Assembly (NCBI GenBank): GCA_964619725.1 | Contig: CAZUFC010000001.1 | Location: 64,001-128,000 of the forward strand | Direction of reading: 5' to 3' | Length of the DNA stretch: 64,000 bases | DNA from: an uncultured bacterium | Lineage (GTDB): Bacteria > CSSED10-310 > CAZUFC01 | Shown: positions 9,432 to 18,766 of the stretch, piece by piece | Numbering within the stretch: the first letter of the stretch is position 1 | Layout: each line of letters opens with the position of its first letter | The notes under the pieces: model-generated | Databases searched by the model: none | The model's input: only the letters and a program-made list of their open reading frames with translations | Told to the model about the DNA's origin: nothing | Position numbers and translations under genes: made by a program

Positions 9432-12218
9432 TCAGAACGCGTGACCGATGGCGAAATGGAGAGCGAAAGAATCTTCCTGGTTTCGTCTGTCAAGATTAAA
9501 GCCGATATCGCCTCGAAGCGGGCCCAGTGGTGTTTGGATGCGTATGCCGAGACCAGCCGAAGGTCTCAGATAGGGAGGTTCCGGATTATGGAAGTAATTA
9601 TTTCCGGCATCGACGAAGATACCGCCGTGCAATATACGCCAGACGGGGAAGCGCAGTTCCAGGTTTGTCAGGAGGAATGATACGCCGCCCAAGGGGTCGT
9701 TTTTTTCGCTCTTGGGTCCCAACTCTTTATATCCGAAACCTCTGTTCGTTGAAGCTCCGCCCAGGAAAAAACGTTCTCCAATAGGCAAAGCGATGTCTCC
9801 GCCGGTCACCCAGATTTTGCCTCCTCTGAAAGCTGCCGCAACGGTAAAGAAATCATTGAACGTATGAAACCAGCGATTATCCGTTTCCCACCGGTAAAAA
9901 TTCAATTGCGCCCCCAGAACATCGTGCGAAATTTTTAACCTTGAAGATAAATAAAGTCCCTTAGTCGTAACGAAGGGATCATCGCGCGTATCCCAGGCGG
10001 CATCCGGGGTAATTGAAGCAACGCTTCCCGAATCGAAATCCAGTTCGTCGGCCGTTGCGGGGTCCACGTCGAAAGCCGTTTCCCGTTCATAAAGATACGT
10101 TAGTGAAGTGTGAAGGTTCTTTTTAAACTTCCTGGATATCCCGGCTCCTGCCCCGAATACGGACAAATTGAATCCTTCGTTTGTTCTGTCGTCGGAATAG
10201 TAAAGTCTCACAAAATTATGGAGCCGCATACCAAAGAAAAAAGGTTGCGACAGCTTGCCCGATATATTGCTGCGAAGCCTTCCGGCCAATCCATGCACAG
10301 ACAGGTCAACCGCACGGCCGAACAAATTCCGATCTCCAGCCTGACCCGTCAACTCAAAACCCTGATCCGTGTTTATGTCGAAACCGCCCTGAAAATAACC
10401 CGTCTTGCTCTCCAGCACCTCAATAATCACATCTTTTTTAACAGGATTCTCTTCCGTTTGATCAACCGTTTTTATACTTACCCAATCAAATATATCGAAA
10501 TCATATAATTGCTGCTGGAGTTCCGCCACAGGTTCATAATGAAACGCTCCTCCTTCTTCGATACTTTCAGCGTCATAAATCAGGCTGGAACGCGTTTTAA
10601 AATTGTCCTGAACGATAGTCGTCCCCAGGACATAACGATTGCCTTCAGCGATATCGAATTTTATATTCGCTCTGGTCGGCTCAGGCTGCGTCAACGAAAC
10701 CTTTAATTTGACATCCGTGTAACCTCTTTCCCAGTAAGCTTTCTGCAGCTTTCCCACAGACTCTTTTATCGCGCTCTTTATATAAAGATCGCCTTCACCT
10801 AAACCGCTTATCCGAACCAGTTCTTCTCGGGAAAAAACTACCGCTCCGACATAATCTATAATTCCTAAAATCCTCTGTGGACCCTCATTTATCGTAAATA
10901 CCACTCCAGTTTTCGTTTTATCCTCGAATTCATTTTCGGCTTCCACACTCGCCGTCGGATATCCTTTACCCGCGTAGTATCCTTCAAGAGTCTGCACGGC
11001 CTCCCCCAATGCCTCTTGCGAAGGTCTCGACTTGAAAATTCCAAAAAATTTGGGCGGATGCAACGTCGCCGCATGCTTTAACTCCTCCGCCGTTAAATTG
11101 TCATTGCCTTTAAATTTCAATGATTCCACATAATATCGAAAACCTTTATCAACGACGATTTCTACTGTGATTTCTTCTTCCGTTTCCTCACGCTCCACGT
11201 GAGCTTTAACTTCTAAATATCCCTTCTCCTGTAAGACCTCGCGCGTTCGACGCAACAATCTCTCTTCTTCACGCTCATCCAGCTCGATGTTCCTGTCTCT
11301 CCAAGGCTTTATGATATTCCGTTCCGTAAAAAATCCCACATTGCGTATTTTTATTTTTATTTTTCTGCCGATATCCAGATTGACCTTCACTGCATCAGGT
11401 TCCTTCTCATCCTCACCCAATTTCGCATAACTTAATACAGCATTCTGATATCCTGACTTTCTTATACGTCGCTCATACTTCCTCAGCAAGTCTTTAAGAG
11501 TCTCCTCGTTGAATCCCCTTTGCAACGCCCTCCGCCGGAATAATTTCAACGATAGTGATAACCGCAGATGATTCCACCAGCCCGGCGCTCCTTCATATTT
11601 ATAGTTAAATTTTTCCAGGGACGGCAGAGGCTTTTCCTTGATGATAAATGTAACGGAGGACGCTCCGTCTTCTCCGGTTTTTTCTATCTCATAAGAAAGC
11701 TCCGGTTCCGGAAATCCTTCATTCACATAAAATTCTTTGATTTTTACAACGGCTTGCTCTGCCGTTTTGTCAGATACCCCCTTATATTTTTTCAGATCAA
11801 TTGCGGCTTCCAAACGTCCCTTGTCTATCGCTGCGGCGCCCCTGAATCTCAGCTCCTTGACGTAAGCTTGAGGCGTCAGTTCAAACATAAGGATATTCTT
11901 GCCGTCTTTTACGTTCCAATTCACTTCCACTTTGGAAACGCGTCCCGTTCGCAAAATATTACTTGTGGTTTTCTCTATCCCTTCTTCATCCACGGGACCA
12001 GGAAAATCGAATTCTCGCAGCGCCGTCATTTCGCCTCTTTTCAGAAAACCCCTGGGAACGACTTTTATTTTATCGACGGTTTGCGGCGTCTCAGCGGCTT
12101 GCAGGCATGCGCATGAAAAATTAAAAATAAAGGGGAAACCGGCAGAAAAACCGTTAATGAGGATCAAGATCAACAATATGGGAACAGAATTTCTTTTCAT
12201 TTTTTCAATGGAATTCAA
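9432..12218 (-). CDS. tamA: Omp85 family outer-membrane protein (BamA/TamA-like) with multiple POTRA domains
   Basis: Repeated POTRA motifs (Y..KGY...V, I.EG.R); barrel 'ERFFLGGASTNRGF', 'PLGPLRGDIG'; terminal Phe; overlaps the tamB-like gene. Confidence 0.8.
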   Translation of the reverse strand: MNSIEKMKRNSVPILLILILINGFSAGFPFIFNFSCACLQAAETPQTVDKIKVVPRGFLKRGEMTALREFDFPGPVDEEGIEKTTSNILRTGRVSKVEVNWNVKDGKNILMFELTPQAYVKELRFRGAAAIDKGRLEAAIDLKKYKGVSDKTAEQAVVKIKEFYVNEGFPEPELSYEIEKTGEDGASSVTFIIKEKPLPSLEKFNYKYEGAPGWWNHLRLSLSLKLFRRRALQRGFNEETLKDLLRKYERRIRKSGYQNAVLSYAKLGEDEKEPDAVKVNLDIGRKIKIKIRNVGFFTERNIIKPWRDRNIELDEREEERLLRRTREVLQEKGYLEVKAHVEREETEEEITVEIVVDKGFRYYVESLKFKGNDNLTAEELKHAATLHPPKFFGIFKSRPSQEALGEAVQTLEGYYAGKGYPTASVEAENEFEDKTKTGVVFTINEGPQRILGIIDYVGAVVFSREELVRISGLGEGDLYIKSAIKESVGKLQKAYWERGYTDVKLKVSLTQPEPTRANIKFDIAEGNRYVLGTTIVQDNFKTRSSLIYDAESIEEGGAFHYEPVAELQQQLYDFDIFDWVSIKTVDQTEENPVKKDVIIEVLESKTGYFQGGFDINTDQGFELTGQAGDRNLFGRAVDLSVHGLAGRLRSNISGKLSQPFFFGMRLHNFVRLYYSDDRTNEGFNLSVFGAGAGISRKFKKNLHTSLTYLYERETAFDVDPATADELDFDSGSVASITPDAAWDTRDDPFVTTKGLYLSSRLKISHDVLGAQLNFYRWETDNRWFHTFNDFFTVAAAFRGGKIWVTGGDIALPIGERFFLGGASTNRGFGYKELGPKSEKNDPLGGVSFLLTNLELRFPVWRILHGGIFVDAGNNYFHNPEPPYLRPSAGLGIRIQTPLGPLRGDIGFNLDRRNQEDSFALHFAIGHAF

Positions 12219-15200
12219 CGTTAAACCTAATTCCTGCGGATATGGAACCGTCGGGATTTTGCCTGGCTTTCAACTCGGTAACAGGCGTCAGTTCTAATTC
12301 TACTTCAACTGCATCGCCTTCTCCGCTTTCAGTATTTTTGTAGTAAACGATCTTAAAATCGTCGCCGATCCTTTTTCCCGCTGAAAAGAGGAATTTTTCT
12401 CCTTCTGAAGTAGTGGGAAAGGGTATGATTTCCAGATCGGTCTGTTCGCTCAGATAGTCGGCCCAGGCAGCGGCAGCTCCGCCCACGGCGTACTCCGTCG
12501 CCATTTCTGTCAGAGTCATATCCTGATTGCCGCTCGGAGGCGGAGCGCCGACCAGTATTTTCATTATTTCTGACTGTGATTTTCCGCTTGAAGAGCTCAA
12601 CTGCAAATTAGGCTGCGAAGCCTTGCCGGTTATTTTAAGCGTAATTTCTTCACCTTCCTTAAAAGTGGCAGCGGTAATATTCAAATCCGGGTCCATTTGA
12701 TATGGTTCTGTAAATTGAATCAGTCCCTGAACGATCTCGAATTCAGCCCGAAGCAGGTCTAAAAACCCCCGTTTCAAGGTAACTCTGCCCAGGATGCCGG
12801 GGACGTCCGCACTGCCGACTAATTGCAGTTTCGCCCCCATTTCAAGCTCAATATTGGGATTCTCAATTCGAATATTCTCCGGCGCCTGAATGCCAATGTC
12901 CAGATTAACGGTCAGCTCAGGCTCCTCCCCGAATTCCCCGGTTTCCTCGGTAACGATGCTCTTGCTCGTCAAAGCTCTTAAAATGCCTAAAAAATCAATC
13001 TCAGGCGTGTACAAAGCCTCGGCTATGTTGACCTCGCCCGATAACTTCAATTCCGGAAAAGCGCCTTTCATAAAGAGATCAGTATCAAAAAGGGCCCGTA
13101 ATTCATGGGAATAAACCAGATCGATATCGCGTACCCGCAAAGAGAGGTCCAAATTTTCAGGAGTAAAATTCTTCAAGCCGGCATCGCCTTGAACTTCAAA
13201 ATATCCCTTGGCGAAATTGCCCTTGAATTCCGTTATGCTTGCCTTCTCATCTGAAAAAGTCAGTTCGGAACGTATATCCTCGACCGGAGCGGGAAGTGAA
13301 GGGCCGTCTAAAGCGGCCTGTTTAAGGGTAATTTTTCCGTCGAACCGGGGATCGTTCAATGCGCCCGAAAGATTCGCTCTGACGTCAAGCTCGCCTTCCA
13401 GCCGGTCAAGCATATCGATCATAGGCAGCAATGAGTGAAGATCACCGTCAACGCGGACTGATAAACCGGATTTACTCTGTGGTATTGCATCCGGGGCTGC
13501 AGCTCCCGATGCGAATTCGCCGTTTTCTGCAAAGAGGTCTATGTTTCCGGAAATATTAATGCCGGCGACGCCGTCAAACTGAAAAGAAATCACATTCAAA
13601 CGATTCTCGTGAAGATTCAATTTAACCGTTTCCTTTGTTTTTAATTCCATATCGTAAGCGCTCACCGTTAATTCATCAAACTCTGCAGCGGCATCCCAGA
13701 CGCCAATGTTCGCCAGAGGACCTTCCAGGCTGATTTTACCGTTAATGGCGCCGTTCAGAGACGAGAGAGAGGCTGAAGCTGCGGCGAGAGGGCCGACCTC
13801 CAGTTCGTTAAAATCTATCTCCGCATCTATTCCTGGAGCTTCATCCAAAAGAATCCTTGACGGTTTGATGTTGATCTGAGTACCGAGGAGATTTCCTTGC
13901 AGATTGATCTCAGATTCCGTCATGGAAATTTGCACAGCGCTGTCAGGAAATGATTGATCTTTAAGCTGCAATCCCGCAACGGAGAGATTTGAATTGATAG
14001 CTGATTCTTTCTGTCCCGGGGTAAAAAGCGCTTTTAATTTGTCCAATCTTATCATGTCGTAATGAAAGTCGCTGATCGTCAAGCTCCCCTCAATCACCGG
14101 GAGCGTCAACGAACCGTTTGCGGTAAGATCGGCTTCTGCCGTTCCCTGGAGCGTTTCAATTCCTGCTGTTTTTTTCCAGGACGCCAAATCCGGTTCCGAT
14201 AATGTGAATCGCAGATTCGTGAATGTTTGTTCCTCCAGGTTCAAGGCCCCCTCAACCGTCAAGCGGCTTTGCGTCTCCGTCTCCAGGCTCAATGAATCGA
14301 TCTGGAGTCGATTATCGATCATTTGCAGCTTCAGGGGTTCCGTATTATGCAAGGATACGCCTGCAGCCTGGAGTTTGAGCCGACTGAAATCGGCCTTGAT
14401 CTCCGGACTTTTACCCGACCCGGGTATTTCAGCAGATACCTCGCCGGATATGGAACCCTTCAAGTCCGAAAAACGTTCCGGCATAAACGGTCCGATGACA
14501 TCGGGCCGGAAATTGCTCATTTGCGCCCTGATCCGTACAGGACCCTCTGAAGGCATATCCGCCGTCGCTTTGATCTGTTCATCAGCGGAACTGATTTTTA
14601 CCGTGATCCCTTTTTCACTCCATCGTCCTTCCCCTTCAAAATCCGGAAAATTATTGTCGCGATACTCTAAATTTGAAATGGATGCCTTAAACGTCTTGGG
14701 ATACTTCTCAACAGGCAAGATGTCATCGACAATCGCTGCAGCTTCGCAGGCCAAATCCATACCCTGGAATTCCGTAACCGACAATACCAGCTTATGAGCC
14801 GAGAGATCGAAATCCGCTGCTGCAGTTTCTATTTCCGTCCCGCTGATTTTTAAACCCCGGATATGCAGACTTCCGCTGCCCGCCGGATTATCCAGGCTTC
14901 CCGTCCCCTCAGCCTCCAGCTTCAAAGCTCCCCCGCCGTCAACGTTGAACAACCGAAGATATTTCCCTGTCTCCGATACATCCAGATCAACGTTGAACTG
15001 ATAACTTCGCTTCAATATATCGTACCGTCCTGCTAAATCGACATCAAAACCATCGTCGCTTATGTTCAGTTTTTTTACTGCGATACTGCCGGAATCGGCA
15101 GCGAGAATAACCTCCGCCTCAGGCGAAAAAACAACCTCCGAAGGAATCGAATCCGCTTCAGGCGATAAAGTAAGAGAAACCTCAGCCTTTGTGTTTTTCA

Positions 15201-16458
15201 AATTGAGTTCCGAAGCGTTGACCTGGATGCTGCCGTTCAGTTCCCCCTTTATTTTCGTTCGCGCTTTATTCACTGCGGGAATCCGGCCCGTCTGCAAATT
15301 CTTTAACATTACTGAGGCTCTTAGATTCTCCAAAGTCGGATACACGCGCCCTTCTCCCTCCAGATGCACGCTGCCCTGAAAAACGTCGGCATCTATCACC
15401 GCAGCCTCGATTATACCTCCCTTGGATGTCGCCGTCACATTCAGCGCGTCAATCCTGTTTCCGAAAATATCGCTGTCTCGCGCCGAAAGCGTAATGTCCG
15501 CATCTGGAAAAGAACCAAGCTCTCCTGTCGCTTCCGCATTGAGATCGATGTTTCCTGTCGGCCTCTCTTCCATATTTATGAAACGGGTTATTGCTTCGAG
15601 TTTTCCCTTCACTTCCAGCGTCAATGCGTATTTTAAACCGGAAAGGATATCCTGTGCCGTCAAGGTAACCTTTGAATCCAGTTCCGGCATTTCTATTGTC
15701 ATATCGACATCAGCGCTGCCGTCACCGGGCAATTTCCATTTCATATTCAATGGATTCCGTATCTCTTCCGTTTTATTCGCAGACAATTTTAAATACCCTA
15801 TCTTAAACAACCCTTCCGAACGCAACTCCGCCAGGTCAAGTTCCGTTTTCAAAGAGATTTCATCTCCTGTGACAGAGAATCCGTCTTCTTTCTCACTTTT
15901 GAATCCCACTCTAACATTCGTTATTTCCAGCTCCTTTATCCGTACATCAGGCATTTGCAGCTCAGTCTCATCCGTTCCGGCGCTCTCCTCCTCCAGAATC
16001 TCTCCCTCCGCTCTCTCCTCCTCCTTCAACTCAACCGGCAATACGATCCTTCCTTTTTTATCTTCATAAAGATGCGCGTTCACTTCATTAACGGATATTT
16101 CATCAAACGCCGGAATGCCCCGCAACAGTTCAGTCATGGATACATTGACGAACACTTCCCCCACCTCAATATAAGATTCGCTCCCTGAACTTATCCTCAA
16201 CCCTTTTAACCGTATCTTTCCCGCCGGCAGGTTCCAGGAGAGTCCTTCAAGCTCCAGCGAACCTTCGATAAACTCCGAAGCCTTTTCCGTCAGCAGATTT
16301 GCCGTCATATTCCTGACGGGAGGGATATGTATAAGCAGCGCCGTCGAAAAAATCAAAAGTAATATCGCGATAAGCAGGTAAATCATCAGGCGTAAAAACC
16401 GCCTGAATCCTTTTGATTTACTTGCATCCGAACTTTCTTTTTTTTCAACGCGGCTCAT
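12205..16458 (-). CDS. tamB: Translocation/assembly module TamB (AsmA-like, C-terminal DUF490)
   Basis: N-terminal TM anchor, long beta-taco repeats, 'DPDLNITA...ITGKASQPNLQLSS' C-terminal motif; adjacent to the Omp85 gene. Confidence 0.8.
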   Translation of the reverse strand: MSRVEKKESSDASKSKGFRRFLRLMIYLLIAILLLIFSTALLIHIPPVRNMTANLLTEKASEFIEGSLELEGLSWNLPAGKIRLKGLRISSGSESYIEVGEVFVNVSMTELLRGIPAFDEISVNEVNAHLYEDKKGRIVLPVELKEEERAEGEILEEESAGTDETELQMPDVRIKELEITNVRVGFKSEKEDGFSVTGDEISLKTELDLAELRSEGLFKIGYLKLSANKTEEIRNPLNMKWKLPGDGSADVDMTIEMPELDSKVTLTAQDILSGLKYALTLEVKGKLEAITRFINMEERPTGNIDLNAEATGELGSFPDADITLSARDSDIFGNRIDALNVTATSKGGIIEAAVIDADVFQGSVHLEGEGRVYPTLENLRASVMLKNLQTGRIPAVNKARTKIKGELNGSIQVNASELNLKNTKAEVSLTLSPEADSIPSEVVFSPEAEVILAADSGSIAVKKLNISDDGFDVDLAGRYDILKRSYQFNVDLDVSETGKYLRLFNVDGGGALKLEAEGTGSLDNPAGSGSLHIRGLKISGTEIETAAADFDLSAHKLVLSVTEFQGMDLACEAAAIVDDILPVEKYPKTFKASISNLEYRDNNFPDFEGEGRWSEKGITVKISSADEQIKATADMPSEGPVRIRAQMSNFRPDVIGPFMPERFSDLKGSISGEVSAEIPGSGKSPEIKADFSRLKLQAAGVSLHNTEPLKLQMIDNRLQIDSLSLETETQSRLTVEGALNLEEQTFTNLRFTLSEPDLASWKKTAGIETLQGTAEADLTANGSLTLPVIEGSLTISDFHYDMIRLDKLKALFTPGQKESAINSNLSVAGLQLKDQSFPDSAVQISMTESEINLQGNLLGTQINIKPSRILLDEAPGIDAEIDFNELEVGPLAAASASLSSLNGAINGKISLEGPLANIGVWDAAAEFDELTVSAYDMELKTKETVKLNLHENRLNVISFQFDGVAGINISGNIDLFAENGEFASGAAAPDAIPQSKSGLSVRVDGDLHSLLPMIDMLDRLEGELDVRANLSGALNDPRFDGKITLKQAALDGPSLPAPVEDIRSELTFSDEKASITEFKGNFAKGYFEVQGDAGLKNFTPENLDLSLRVRDIDLVYSHELRALFDTDLFMKGAFPELKLSGEVNIAEALYTPEIDFLGILRALTSKSIVTEETGEFGEEPELTVNLDIGIQAPENIRIENPNIELEMGAKLQLVGSADVPGILGRVTLKRGFLDLLRAEFEIVQGLIQFTEPYQMDPDLNITAATFKEGEEITLKITGKASQPNLQLSSSSGKSQSEIMKILVGAPPPSGNQDMTLTEMATEYAVGGAAAAWADYLSEQTDLEIIPFPTTSEGEKFLFSAGKRIGDDFKIVYYKNTESGEGDAVEVELELTPVTELKARQNPDGSISAGIRFNVEFH

Positions 16459-16966
16459 TATTCCAACACTTGCTTCCTGCGAGTTACTGTTTTGCTTGAT
16501 ACCTCTTAATATTCGGCGCCCGGCTGATCCTGCCGGCTTTCGTTTTTAAAACGAAACCATTACCCCTGCCGCCGTCAGACATCATACCATCTCTCGAATT
16601 ATTTCAAAATACCGACTTCCCTTAAAGACATCGAGAGAAACTCTCATAGGTCAGGATGAGAAAATAAGTTTTCGGTCTATGTTCGGACTGCCGGACTCGC
16701 TGCAAAAGCTGCAAAACAGCTTCAAATTTGCATTTTTTCGTAGTTATCATTATAATGAATATAACTTGTGAGGAGGTTGGTCCTCGAATGATTAGCACAT
16801 TTTTTGCCGCAAAGAGAATTTTACAGCCAGGAAGTTATGAAAGCCACAAACGGAAGCGGGCCCGTGATCTAATCGTTCATCATCGGCTGTCAGCGTCAAA
16901 CGTATTGACATCCAAAGGGCTCTTACAGTCAAGAGTAAGATTTAATCAATTCAAGAAGGAGGTAAC

Positions 16967-18661
16967 ATGGAGAGTAAAATTACTGTATTCCTTGCGCTGG
17001 TCTTTTTCAGCGCAGGCATAACGTATGCGGCTATCCCTCAGCAGATTAATTATCAGGGACATCTGACGGATAGCCTGGGCGAGCCTGTTGACGGAGTTTA
17101 TACTTTTGATTTTGCTATTTACGATCAGGCATCGGGCGGAAATTTAATGTGGTCTGAAACTCAAAATAATGTATCCGTCAACGCAGGCGTTTTTCATGTC
17201 ATGTTGGGAGACGTAATGCCCATCACGGGATTCGATTTTGACGGCACTTACTGGCTTGAAGTCGAAGTGGACGGCGAAGTTTTTACGCCGCGACAGATGT
17301 TGACGAGCGTTGGTCAGGCATATCGGGCGCAGAATGCCGAGGATGTGATGGGACAGGATATCAATCCGAACAGCGTTACAATTTCCGGCTACGGCCTGGT
17401 CATTAATTCTTCAGGGGAATGGGTCGGAGAAGCCTCAGGATTAGCCGGTCCCACGGGGCCGAGCGGCCCCACCGGACCGCAAGGTCTTAACGGCTCACCG
17501 GGACCGACAGGCCCCACCGGACCGCCCGGACCGCAAGGCGTGACAGGAGCGACCGGGCCGACAGGACCTATGGGACCGGGAGGGTCTCGCGGGCCTTCCG
17601 GACCGTCAGGACCGCAGGGTTTGACCGGATCACAGGGACCGACCGGACCGGCAGGATCACGTGGGCCGTCAGGTCCTACAGGCTCCACAGGTTCCCGCGG
17701 ACCGTCAGGTCCTCAAGGCTCCACCGGCTCCCGCGGACCGTCAGGCCCCGGCATGGAATGCGGATTCAGTTTGTATTGTTCTACTTCTTACGGCCTGCAT
17801 TGTTCAAATTCAGACGGAGACGCTTATCGAGGCTACTCATCCGACAATTCCATCATCTATGCGGGATTCTATGGGGCTTCCTACAACAGCGCCAGCGGCG
17901 TTTATGTGACCGCAGCGAACGGTTACGGCGTAAGAGGCCGGTCGGCAGGCAACTACGGCTTGTACGGATTGAGTTCAGGTGATGCGGCTATTTACGGCTC
18001 ATCATCCAGCGGCGCCGGGACTTACGCCAGGTCCTATTCCTGGCGAGGCGTCATGGGTATAGGAAGTTCCGTTTGCGGCATATGGGGCAGCAACGGCAAC
18101 AGCAGTTATTACAGCTCTGAATTCTACAATCCCAGCTCCTCAAACGGCGCCATTTACGCCAACGGATACGGCTCAGCGGACAACTGGTACACACATAAAA
18201 AATTGGGTAAGGAAATCCTGACGTTGGGTAACGTGACCACGCTCAACAATCGCGACCTGATCGATTGGGGAACCGTTGAATTGACCAAAGGCCAGGCGAT
18301 CGTTCAATTAAAACCGGAAATTACTCAAATGCTGAACGGAAAAACCAGTTACATCGTCATCGCTACTCCCGGTAAGGACTGCAACGGAGTCGCCGTGGCC
18401 GATAAAACCGACGATTCCTTTGAAATTGTTGAAATAGGAGACGGAGAAGGTTCCGGAGTATGCGATTACCTCATCATCATGAATGACGAATCGGTCGTAC
18501 GAAATGAAACCCAAACCACAGGAAGCTCTGTAGTCTCCAGACCCGGAATTTCAGAAGAAGAATATCTCAGAGAATTGCAAATCAAAGAACAAGAGGAAAG
18601 AGAAGCCGAAGAACTCAAAAGAATGCAGATTTCCCGGGAATTGAATCAGGACAGCTTTTAA
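16967..18661 (+). CDS. Secreted collagen-like fibre/adhesin protein
   Basis: aggaggt RBS; signal peptide; '[13 protein letters not shown]' N-domain; 35 consecutive Gly-X-Y triplets; G/S/Y-rich beta-helix-like region; C-terminal coiled coil. Confidence 0.8.
   Translation: MESKITVFLALVFFSAGITYAAIPQQINYQGHLTDSLGEPVDGVYTFDFAIYDQASGGNLMWSETQNNVSVNAGVFHVMLGDVMPITGFDFDGTYWLEVEVDGEVFTPRQMLTSVGQAYRAQNAEDVMGQDINPNSVTISGYGLVINSSGEWVGEASGLAGPTGPSGPTGPQGLNGSPGPTGPTGPPGPQGVTGATGPTGPMGPGGSRGPSGPSGPQGLTGSQGPTGPAGSRGPSGPTGSTGSRGPSGPQGSTGSRGPSGPGMECGFSLYCSTSYGLHCSNSDGDAYRGYSSDNSIIYAGFYGASYNSASGVYVTAANGYGVRGRSAGNYGLYGLSSGDAAIYGSSSSGAGTYARSYSWRGVMGIGSSVCGIWGSNGNSSYYSSEFYNPSSSNGAIYANGYGSADNWYTHKKLGKEILTLGNVTTLNNRDLIDWGTVELTKGQAIVQLKPEITQMLNGKTSYIVIATPGKDCNGVAVADKTDDSFEIVEIGDGEGSGVCDYLIIMNDESVVRNETQTTGSSVVSRPGISEEEYLRELQIKEQEEREAEELKRMQISRELNQDSF
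17438..17752 (+). repeat. Collagen Gly-X-Y tract (35 triplets)
   Basis: GLA GPT GPS ... GPS GPG counted in the translation. Confidence 0.9.
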
Positions 18662-18766
18662 CAGATTGTTTCTGTTCAATTGTTAATAATGTTACCCGGA
18701 CGCGATCTGGAAAGTTCGCGTCCGGGTAAAGTTTTGTGTGTTCAATATCTCAACGCATTGTAAACA

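Noticed and set aside
17389-17688. Minus-strand collagen-like ORF
   Set aside because: Antisense shadow of the Gly-Pro codons of the real + strand gene.
16967-18661. Prophage tail-fibre locus
   Set aside because: The protein has a signal peptide and no phage structural or integrase genes are nearby.
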